From the NCBI GenBank assembly GCA_963791045.1, contig CAWBQK010000004.1:32001-96000 (forward strand): a stretch of DNA of 64,000 nt. Reading direction: 5' to 3'. Both the position numbers and the translations under genes were made by a program. The DNA comes from Candidatus Latescibacterota bacterium (lineage in GTDB: Bacteria > Krumholzibacteriota > Krumholzibacteriia > WVZY01). Of this stretch, positions 20,203 through 30,599 are shown one piece after another (the stretch's first letter is position 1; the number at the start of each line of letters is the position of its first letter). The notes beneath the pieces were generated by a model. It worked only from the letters and a program-made list of their open reading frames with translations, was not told the origin of the DNA and did not search any database.

Positions 20203-23200
20203 CTATTTCAAAAGCACCATCTTCTTTGTAAGCGTTTTGTTGCCTGCTTGCAACCTGTAAAAGTAGACACCCGAACTGACGGGGCTTCCCGCCGCGCTCT
20301 GTCCGTTCCAGCTGACCTGTTTGAATCCAACGTCCATGACACGGTCGACGAGCGTGGCTACACGCTGACCCTGGACATTGTAAACGATGAGTGTCACCTG
20401 CTGTTTTTGCGGCACGGTGAACGCTATCGTCGTGGTCGGGTTGAACGGGTTCGGATAGTTCTGTTTAAGGGCAAGCCTGATCGATCTTGTCTTAACCTCC
20501 ACAGCCGCCGACAGCACTTCGTTGCCGTCGCTGAGTACAATTCCCATTGAGTACAAATAGTCTTCACCCGGACGCGCGCCCTGGTCGAGAAATTCGCGTT
20601 TCTCGACGGCGATGAGTCCCTCGGTGTTCGCGATTGAGACGGCGGATGTCTTAACATCCCGCCGGTAGATCTTGTAGCCGGCGACCTCTTCATCGGAGAT
20701 CACATCCCATGCGAGGTGAACGCCCACGTCGATCGCCTCGGCGACAAAGCTCTGGATAAATACGGGTACCGGCGCGTCAATCACTACGCGCACCGTATCG
20801 AGCTTGACCAGGTTCGGCACTTCGACCGGGGATACTCGATAAATGATCAACTGTTCGAGATGATCTCGAATCGCTGGGATGACCAGATACGCCGGAGGCG
20901 GCGCGAACGAGTCCCCCGGCGCCAATACCGGAGTGATACCGCCAAGCGATGTCGCGTCAGCCGCGATCATTGCCGCGGGAGACGCGGCGAGAATCCCGCC
21001 ATCCGATCTCAATGCGGGTGGAACGGTTTCCGACAACGTGGCGGGTCCGACCGTCGACACCTCATAGGTGAACGAATAGTCCCTGCCCGATACGTTTTTC
21101 ATCTCGAAGCCGCCGAGATCGAGAAACGGCACCTGCGAAAACGCCGGGATGGTCAAAAGATCGGCAATAAACTCGATCTCGACAAACGACGTATTGAGGA
21201 GCGTGACCGTCTTCGGCCCGGAGTTCGTCACGACGGCGGTACCGGTTCCCCTCGGGTCAAATACGAGTACCTCGGGATCCTCGCCCGCGTACACCGAGTC
21301 GACAACCTCCCAGGTGACCTGGAACGGAGGCAACGTCGACTCGTCGAGCGGAGATACCCCAATCGCGCCCTGGATATCGATTTCGATCACTTCAATGACG
21401 TCGTTTTCTTCCTGGATGAGATAAAGAAGCGTTCCGTCGGGATTGATCGTGACTGACTTGGTCTTGCTGCCGCCGCGGACGGTCGCAACGACCGTGTTCT
21501 CGTTCGCGCTGTTCGGAACGATGTCGACGATCAGCACGTCGCCGTCGGTTGTCAAAATGATCAGGAGCGATCCGTCGGGATTGATAGTCATGCTCTTTGA
21601 CGACTTGCCCGTCTTGACCGACGCGACCACGCTGTAACTAAGATCGCCCGCATTCAATACAACGTAACCCTCGTCGGTGCCCGTGTAGAGCAAGCTCCCG
21701 TCGGGGTTAATGGTCACGCTCTTCGTTCCCTTGCCCGATCCCACACTCGCCACCACTGCATGGTGGTTTGAGCTTTGCGAGTCGGCATCGATAATGTCCA
21801 CATTCTTTGTGAAATCAGACCCCGCGTTCACGCAGTACACCCACGAACCATCCGGGCTGACAACCACGTCCGTTGGGAAAGCGCCCACGACGAGCGTCTC
21901 CACGACCTGGTTGTAGAAAACCGACAGTGGATCCACATCGATTATCGACAGCGTTCCCGATTCAAAGTTCGGCACATATACGAATGTCCCTTCGGGATGC
22001 ACGTCAATCGAGATGGGATGGTCCCCCACGGTTATGCCCGGAAGCGACGTAGCGGTGGTCATGTCCACGGGAATCACCATGTCCCCTTCGGGGCTTACCG
22101 TGTACGCCCGCGTTCCGTCGGGTGTCACCACGGCGCTATTGGTCGCCGTGCCCGTCCCAATCGTAGCTACAACCTCGTCGGATGTCACCGGATTCGGGAC
22201 CAGAACGCTGAACGCGACCGCATTGGACGTGTCGGCGCCGTTATACACGCGGAGCGAGTTCTCTCCCCCGTCAACACTCACTGGAATGGTGACATTGAGA
22301 TAGTCGTATCCCCCTTCGCTGGGGATCGCCTCGACCGAATTGAAGAACACCTTGTTTTGCGCCGCCGTGGGGTTAAAACCAACCCCGCCCAGGACAATTG
22401 TAACCGCCGACGTGGCGCTCGGCGGACTGACCGAGCTCAAATTGAACGGAGGCGCCGCTTCCGTGGTAAATACCTTGGTCGACGGATTATTGAGCGCCCC
22501 GGTGTTGATGTCCTCCACGCCGCTTGTCACTTCGAGTGTATACGACGTGCTGAACTCGAGTTGAGTGTGTGGTGTGATCGACACCAGGCGTGAATCGTCG
22601 GTGAACCCGAACTCGCCCTTGACCGCCGCCGTATCACCCGTTTTATGCAGATAAACAGTGTGTGTGTCAATCGTGGCGGTCGCCACACCGCGACTAAAAG
22701 TCAATGCCACGGTGGTTGTCACGGCTACTCCCGATGCACCATCGGCCGGCTGCACATCGACCAATTGCAGCGGAAGCGTCTGGGGATCGACAACCCCATC
22801 GGCTGTAAATGTCAGCGGTGATCCCACCAGGCCCTGCGCGGTCGCCGTTACCGACTGCGCGCCTACCGTCGAACCTAATGTCCAGCTGACTTCGGCGTAC
22901 CCCGATGAATTTGTTACCGCCACCTGCGTCGTGGTGTTGGTTGTCGTGAACTTACCCCGCCGGTCACGACGTCGAATGTCACCGCGACTCCGGAGGCCGG
23001 TCCGTTGGTTCCAACGACCTGGACTCTCAGCTTTGCCGGAAGAGACTGGTCGATGGTGCCTGTTTGTGCGTCACCGGAGACTTTCACAATCGTGTCCGCT
23101 ACCGCATAGTCGAATACCTGAAGAAGGTTGTCATCCCCACTCACGGCATAGAGCCGTCTGCCGTCGATGCTGTACTCCTGATCGACATTCCCGCCCGTAA

Positions 23201-26200
23201 AGAACGGCGTATCGAACAGCTGATAGGATTCGAAAATAGCATCATCGAAGTGGAACGAGCAGAGTCCCGATCCCGATTGATGGAACACAATTCGTTTCTC
23301 GTTTGGCGACACGTCGATATTTTGACCGTTGAGAGTCGGCGGCGCCCCGGAGATCCCAAAACCATAGGTGTGTTCCTTGTTGTATATCAGGGTATCCGGC
23401 CTGTCGATCTCGATGAGATACACATAGTGATAGTCGTTGACCTCATCGTCGGTCAGGACAAAACAATTGCTTCCGTCGGGCACGACCGAAATGGACAACG
23501 GCTGATTCCGGAAATCAGGAAGGGGCGGTACTTCCGGCGAGGGAAGCAACAGGGTATGCACGCGTTGCCCGAAGCTGACGCTTGTGGAATCCACGTCCAA
23601 GACTGTTACAGAATGCGCGCCGCCAAGAGTCGCGTAGGCATGGGACCCATCGGGGTTGAACACGATATCGGTCACGGCATTGACATGGAATGTATCAACA
23701 ACCGCATTTTCCGCCGGGCCGCCGGCGTAAGTGTTCACATGCAGAATCACGCTGCTGCTCGCATCATTGACGAGAAGCATCTCGCCGTCGGGGCTCATCG
23801 CCATCTCCTGCGGAGAATTGAACATCCAGAAAACCGTCGACACGTCTCCAATAACCGTCCCGTACCCCGGACTTGACCGATCGATATCTATCACTTTCAC
23901 CGAGTTGTCCAGCGGAACGCTCGCGTACGCCCTCTTGCCGTCGGGGCGAATAACGATGTCATACGCGGGGTCGGCGCCCCAGGACGCTTCCGCCACCAGC
24001 TGGTTGAACGACGAGCTGGCAGGATCGGTATCGACAATCGCCACCGTGCCCACGTCCGTGCCGACGACGAGTTGGTCACTCGTCGGTGACATGGCCATCG
24101 CAGCCCCCAGGTTCTTGTCCGTGTACAACTGCGTTGAAGAAGCGGATCGCAGCAGTTGCGTTTCCAGCAAGGTGGGCAGGACCTCGATGCTCACGATATT
24201 CGTCGCTTCGTCGCCGAGAGCGCTGACCTTCCTTATAAACATCGAGCCATTTCCAACGTTTGCCGAATACGGGATGCGGAAACTGACCGCCCTGCCGGTG
24301 GTCCGGATGGGTGCGTAGTTGTACCCGTTTCCTATCGCGTCGACAAACCGGCAAACAAGAGAGTCGGTGTAAACACCGAACCCTTCTCCCGCGGCGACAA
24401 TAATGGCGCCCGCGACGCCGGCATCGTGCGAGAGCGTCTTGATGACGGGTCCAGAGCCAATTCCCAGAACGACGAGGCGCTGAGTGTCCTCCTCGAGGGC
24501 ATAGGCGTACTGGCCGTCGGACGATACTTTCACATCAACAGGGTTCACGCCCGTCGGTATTGTTGATGCGACCGTCCGATATGTCGGGCTTCCGTCTATG
24601 AGATCGATTACATCGATGAAGTTGAGCTGCCTGTTGGCCGCGAACATATAAGACCCGGCGGGATTGATATCCCCGCCGCGGAGCGATCCGCTTGTGTTGA
24701 TATCATAGACTTTTGTGAATGTGCCGATCGCAACGATGGTCACCTGGCCGCTCGCGTCGGTCACATACACCCGTTGTCCCGCCGCGTCGACGACCACGTC
24801 TCTGGGATCGGCGCCGACACCGACATCGACAAGGAACGAATCGGGACCGGCATGAAATACGATTACCTTACCCGCACCCGAGGGTACCATCAGGTATTGG
24901 CCGGCCGGGTCGAACGCCCCTCCCCTTCGAAGGTTCGCATCGGGCGAAGCTATTCCGCCGATCTGTTTTCCGTAGGTGCTGCTTCCCAATTTCACATCCC
25001 ACACTTGCACCTCGCCCCCGGCGGTTGGAACGTACGCCCTGTTTCCCGAGGGTCGAACAATCACACCGCGCGGTACGCCGTGAACGTCGAACTGGTTGAC
25101 GACGGTATTTGTCGCGATATCGATGACATAAACGGTGCTGTCGAGTTCGCTCGCCCCATAGACTCTCAATCCGTCCGGGCTGATCGCCACCTCGTTGAGA
25201 CCACCGGATATGGGGATCGGCGTTGTATTCAAGAATCCGGCGAGCGCCGGATCGACTTCGACCGCCATCGCGCCCGCGCTTGTCGCCACGTAGGCAACAT
25301 CCCCGTCGGGGGTAACGGCTACATCCCTCGGCACCGCGCCCGTAACCGCCGAACCCAACGAGTACCCGCGTGGAACACCCGTATCCTCTAAGACGACAAA
25401 GCTCACAGTATTGCTCGAGCCTGATTCGGTCGTCACATACACGTCGCCCGTCCCGGCCCCGGCCGGGACATTTGCGACCAACTGCGTGGCCGTCGCGCTC
25501 GTCGCGACCACACTAACTGTCCCGGTTCCCGCAGCGTCGGTAAAGATCACCACATTGTTCACGAGTGTCGACGAGAAACCATACCCGTTCACAACAACCA
25601 CGGAACCCGGCACACCCTTGTTGGCGACAAGACTCGTCAGCGCGAGCGACGGCGCCGCTTCCGTTTCAAAGAAGAACTCATAGCCGGAGCTCATCGGATT
25701 ACCGTATTTGTCGGTGATACCCGTCCTCAGCGTACACAGATAGGTCGTCGCATAGTTGAACAACCCCGTCGGCGTAAAAGACAGTACCTTCCCGTCCGGG
25801 CTTACCACACCGCTTCCACCCACACCCTGGAACAACGTGTTGTCGTATACCCGGAAATTCCCGGAGACGGAATTGTGGTCGATCGGCTCATCGAACTGAA
25901 TCACAACAGCCGCGTCGGCGGAAACGTCTGACTCCGACATATTTGGGCTGTGGCTCACGACGCTCGGTCCGGTCGTATCCACATTTGTAACGACGACAAA
26001 TCCGGACACGGGCCCGGCGATATTGATTGGAGCGCGGATCAGCGGATCCTCACTGGAATTGTCTCCCGTGTTCCAGTACTCGCCCGGGAAATTCGTCACC
26101 GCCGTTGTTTCAACAAGCGCATTGACATAATCGGGGAGCATATATCCGATGGAGGATGATCCGTCCAACGGTTGAATTGACAACCAGTAAACGCCCGGTG

Positions 26201-29200
26201 GGACGCCGACAAACTGAAACCCGCCGTCGGGCAGCGAAAAGTCCGACGCAACCATTTCGACGCTTGTAGTGTCCGTCAGAAATACCGCGACACCCGGCAC
26301 GCCGGCACCGAGGTAGTTTTCCACGCGGCCTTCGAGCCGGTTGGCGAGTCCGGCCCATCCGCCGGCATAATACGCTTTCTGGAAGATCGTTTTGTCTTCG
26401 GTTTTTAGCGTTCGTGCCTCAATCCCCGATGGAAGCACATAGAACATTGTCGAGTTTATATTCGGCGAATGCGAGATGCCGTACATGTGCCCCGCTTCGT
26501 GTGTCGCGACGCTTTCGAGATCCACATCCCCACCAGTCCCAGTGGTCGAAAATGTCTTCGCGGGGTTGAATATCATATCGGCGTCTATAATCTGTCCCGG
26601 CCGATATAACCGGTTGTTGACCATCGTCGGTTCTATCGCTGAAGTGGCGATGCCTACGGCCAGAGTATGCGCACCAAAGTCGTAGTCGAAATCACTGAAC
26701 GTCACGAAGTTCTTGCCGTCCCCGGCGACAGCCACATCCCAGTCAACCGTGCCACTGTACAGCGGGCTCATCTCCGTCCCGATCCCCGGAATCACACTCC
26801 ACGTCGCCATGGCGTTCAAAATCGCCGAAAAGTCGGTGCCGTCACCAATATTGGGCGCCCCGTCCAGATGAATGTAATACCGAAGCGTATCGTTGGGTCC
26901 CCAGTATTCGATATGCCGCGCGCCGAGATAGTCATCGAGACAGCCGTCGCCGTCGCGATCAAAGAACGAAGCGTCTACCAGGGGACAGCTGTCGAACGCG
27001 TAGTAAACGCCGTCACCGTCCGCGTCCGGTTCATCGAGGGAAACCACCCATGCGGCGCCGTTGTCGTCGCTCGCATTGTCGTCACCTCGATGCCCGATCA
27101 GCAGATCGTCTATTCCATCCAGATCGGTATCCCAGAGCTGCGTGAGAGATGAACCGAAATCATTTTCGTCTCCAAGCGTGCCCCCGAATCCGCCGCTTGT
27201 CGCGCTAATCTTCCCGCGCGACTTGACAACACCTGTTGAATCGAGCAAAAGAATATACACCGCGCCAACGTCAGTCCCTCCGTCATCGTCATTTATCGCG
27301 GTAACCGCGAGTTCGTTTACCCCGTCGCCATCCATATCTTCGAGGGCGGCAGCCGCGTATCCAAACGCCGCGGACGCTTCCAGCGTGACCCCGAACAGAC
27401 CGTCAAAGGAACTGATCTTTTGTTGATCGTCCACCCATCGGTCGTCCCGCAGCATCAGAATCCACACGGCGCCGGCATCCGTATTGCCATCGTCGTCGCC
27501 GATGCAACCCACGGCCAGGTCATTGATGCCGTCACCGTTGATATCCCCGAGATTCGCGAGCGACGTCCCGAAGTAGTCATTGTCATCGAGGACACCGGCG
27601 AACCCGCCGCTGGTCTCGTTGGTTTTTGACGCCGAATCCACCTCGATGTCATCCAACGACAGAATCCACACGGCGCCGTGGCTGTTTCCGTTGTCGTTGT
27701 CGTTTATCGCGCCCACGGCCAGTTCCTCGGTGCCGTCCCCATCGAGATCCCCCAGGTGTGCGAGAGAATATCCAAAGAAGTCACCGTCATCGAGTGTGCT
27801 TTCAAACCCGCCAGTAGAGGTCGCAATCTTGTAATGGGATTTGACCGTGCCGTCCCTGTTGAGAAAGAGTATCCACACGGCGCCCCTGTTGGCGTTTGGC
27901 GGCGTGCCGCCGTCATCGTCGAGGGGCGCTCCGACGGCAATATCCGAGACGCCATCGCTATCAAGATCCCCCATATCCGTCACGGATATTCCAAACTGGT
28001 CAAACGGGTCGAGGGCTCCCGTGAACCCACCGGCATTGACGCCGATCTTCTGGTGCCAGGCCACCGTTCCGTCCGGATTCATAAAACAAATCCAGACAGC
28101 CCCGACCGAGGCTCCTCCCACCTCGTCACCCGACGCGCCAATTGCGAGATCGGGAATATCGTCGCCATTGAGGTCGCCGAGATTTGCCATCGACGAACCC
28201 AGAGCCACCGTGTCGAGAATCAAGTCATTGAATCCGCCTTCGGTATCGCTGATTTTCTGGTGCGACCCAACCAGCTGCGACGCGTCCATAAAGAGAACCC
28301 ACGTCGCGCCGCGATCTGTGCCGCCATCGTCGTCCTGTTCGGCGCACACGATAAAATCATTGTACGTGTCGCCGTTTAGATCGCCGACCATCGCCACGCC
28401 ACTGCCAAACCAATCGATGACGTCCAGCGACCCCGCAAACCCGCCTATGCCTTCGCCGATTTCCTGTTGTCCGGCCACCGTCCCGTCGTCCGCAAGATAG
28501 ACAATCCATACCGAACCGTTTTGCGCCCCCGACGCACTGTGTGCCCCCACGAGGATGTCCTCGACACCATCGGTGTTGTAGTCACCAATCGCTGTCACGG
28601 CGTTTCCAAAATAATCGACGATCGAAAGGGTGCCCCCAAAGCCACCATCCAAAGCACTTATCTTCTGCTCGGACAACACGGTGCCGTTATCGTTCATAAA
28701 CAGAATCCATACCGCTCCGGCCCAATCAGCACCATCGTCGTCATATTTGGCCCCGACGGCGAGTTCCGTTACGAGATCGCCATCAAGATCGCCAATCGCC
28801 GTCAACCGATGCATCCAAAAAGTCTTCCGAGTCGAGCACGCCACCAAACCCCCATCCGTCGAACTGATCTTCTGTTGCGCCGACACCTGTCCGGTTGAAT
28901 CCAAAAACAGCACCCATATCGCCCCAGCATCTATGCCCCCATCATCGTCTTGTGCCGCCCCGACGACGATATCTTCGAAGGTGTCCCCGTTGAGATCTCC
29001 AATTCCGCAGACCGAGTACCCAAAAAAGTCCCGGTCCAAAAGCGTTCCCGCGAAACCGCCATCCGTCGCGCTGATCTTCTGATGCGACTTAACCGTACCG
29101 TCCGTACGCAAAAAGAGAAGATAAACCGCACCCTTTGCGTCTCCGCCATCGTCATCGAACGGAGCGCCGACTACGAGATCCTGGACCCCGTCGTTGTCGA

Positions 29201-29639
29201 TATCTCCGGGACTCCCGACCGAATACCCAAACCCATCATAGTCGCCAAGAACAACGGTAAACCCGCCTCGCTCGCTCGCAATCATCTGGCGGTATTTCAC
29301 GGTTCCGTCCGAGTTGAGAAAAAGAATCCAAACGGCCCCGCGCCCATCCCCACCAAACGTATCCCGTCTCGAACCGACCGCCACATCGTCAATTCCGTCA
29401 CCATCGAGATCGCCCAGCGACGTGATCGCATTGCCCATGCGATCGCCGTCATCGAGGGTTTCCTGAAATGAGGCCAGAGTGCCGTCGAGTTTGAACTCGG
29501 CTTTTACCTGGGCATCGGCGACACCGGAAAACAGAACCGAAGCGCTCAGCAACACCATGACACACCGTGCGCCAAACTCGGATGATGGGCGCTCGGCAAG
29601 CATCACTTTTTTAATTAGCTTACTCAGCATCGTTCCCAC
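20203..29639 (-). CDS. Giant secreted FG-GAP / matrixin (M10-like) metallopeptidase / Ig / YVTN beta-propeller protein with FlgD-Ig (T9SS-like) tail, ~3145 aa; frameshift at ~22956
   Basis: Track ORFs 22914-29639 and 20203-22923 join by one G (TGGGKFTTTNTTTQVAVTN). 12 FG-GAP repeats, HEAGHMYGISH + STM Met-turn, Big_5- and IPT/TIG-like segments, YVTN-type blades, NYPNPFNP tail. Confidence 0.85.
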
Positions 29640-29642
29640 TCC

Positions 29643-30203
29643 CTATTTGCGCCCCAGCGCGTCGTTGATGAATTTATCGAGTGGCGTTCTGTTCGCCTGC
29701 AGAGCCGGTCCGCCGTCCATTTGCGACGGCGCTCCTAACACCTCCGCACCCTCGATCATCGGCCGTTTGACAAACGCTTCGCCCGAATCGGGATCGCGTT
29801 CTATTTCGAATTTGCCTTGCGAAAATCCGGCGACACGAAAATCACCGGTATCCATCCGATCAAGAAAGAGCAGAACCTCCTCACCATCCCGCCACGAGAG
29901 CGACCCATGAACGTGCATCCTTATCGTCCCCACGTCACCGCCAAGCTGGAGAACCCGGATTGTGCCACCACCCTGCCCCTTGTAGGTTTCATCGAGCACA
30001 ACTGTCGTCTCGGTAAAAATCTTGGTGCGCCCTTCGTTCCAGAACGACCTCACTTCCGATACCTTGCCGCGCGCGACCAGCGCCGACTCGTCACCCATCT
30101 GTCGAGAACTCACGAACTCTAACTGAGTGGCCATGACAATTGGCGCTGCCATGGCGACCAGGACTATGGCTGCTACAAACACGATTGTTGATTTCATGAT
30201 CAA
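29643..30203 (-). CDS. Secreted hypothetical protein, OB-fold/TIMP-like candidate
   Basis: Signal peptide MKSTIVFVAAIVLVAMA (ATG at 30197 is an alternative start); LVARGKV..IFT..V..TYKG..GG..GEEVLLFL pattern; 3 bp upstream of the giant gene. Confidence 0.75.
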   Translation of the reverse strand: MIMKSTIVFVAAIVLVAMAAPIVMATQLEFVSSRQMGDESALVARGKVSEVRSFWNEGRTKIFTETTVVLDETYKGQGGGTIRVLQLGGDVGTIRMHVHGSLSWRDGEEVLLFLDRMDTGDFRVAGFSQGKFEIERDPDSGEAFVKRPMIEGAEVLGAPSQMDGGPALQANRTPLDKFINDALGRK

Positions 30204-30437
30204 TGTCCTCTCCTGACGAGCCTATACGGCATTCGCGGCGAACCGGATTCGGCCCGGGTCGCCGACAAACAACAAATTCTTTGACGCGATGATGTTTCTA
30301 TTTGAGCGGAAGTTGGACGAGGAAAACCCATTAGCGCAAGACCGCGCTTATCGCTCGACGAAAGCAGATATGACGAGGATGCCGACAGCTCGCCGGACAT
30401 TACTCGGACCCCCCTGGATACGTAATGTTAATGTCCT

Positions 30438-30466
30438 ATTATACCGCACAAACTAAAACGTGTAAA
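30438..30466 (-). promoter_or_regulatory. Sigma70 promoter TTTACA-17-TATAAT for the secreted-protease operon
   Basis: Perfect -10, 5/6 -35, 17-bp spacer. Confidence 0.7.
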
Positions 30467-30508
30467 GCACAATGTAATTTGAACTTAACCGACAGCCCGC
30501 CAACAATT

Positions 30509-30539
30509 TGGCCCCGCGGATTCATCACCCGCGGGGCCA
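30509..30539 (-). terminator. GC-rich hairpin downstream of transketolase, probable terminator
   Basis: 11-bp perfect stem TGGCCCCGCGG / CCGCGGGGCCA; U-tract is weak. Confidence 0.5.
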
Positions 30540-30599
30540 TCACCAACCAAAGTGTCAAAAAAACCTTACACCGGACCCACGCCCGGGCAACGCTCTCGA

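Noticed and set aside
18240-22960. Programmed ribosomal frameshifting or phase variation in the protease operon
   Set aside because: Homopolymers are only 3-4 nt, there are no slippery heptamers, and similar indels hit unrelated genes across the window
27000-29450. Regularly spaced DNA repeats as a CRISPR array
   Set aside because: They are degenerate in-frame FG-GAP coding repeats of roughly 200 nt, not identical repeats with unique spacers
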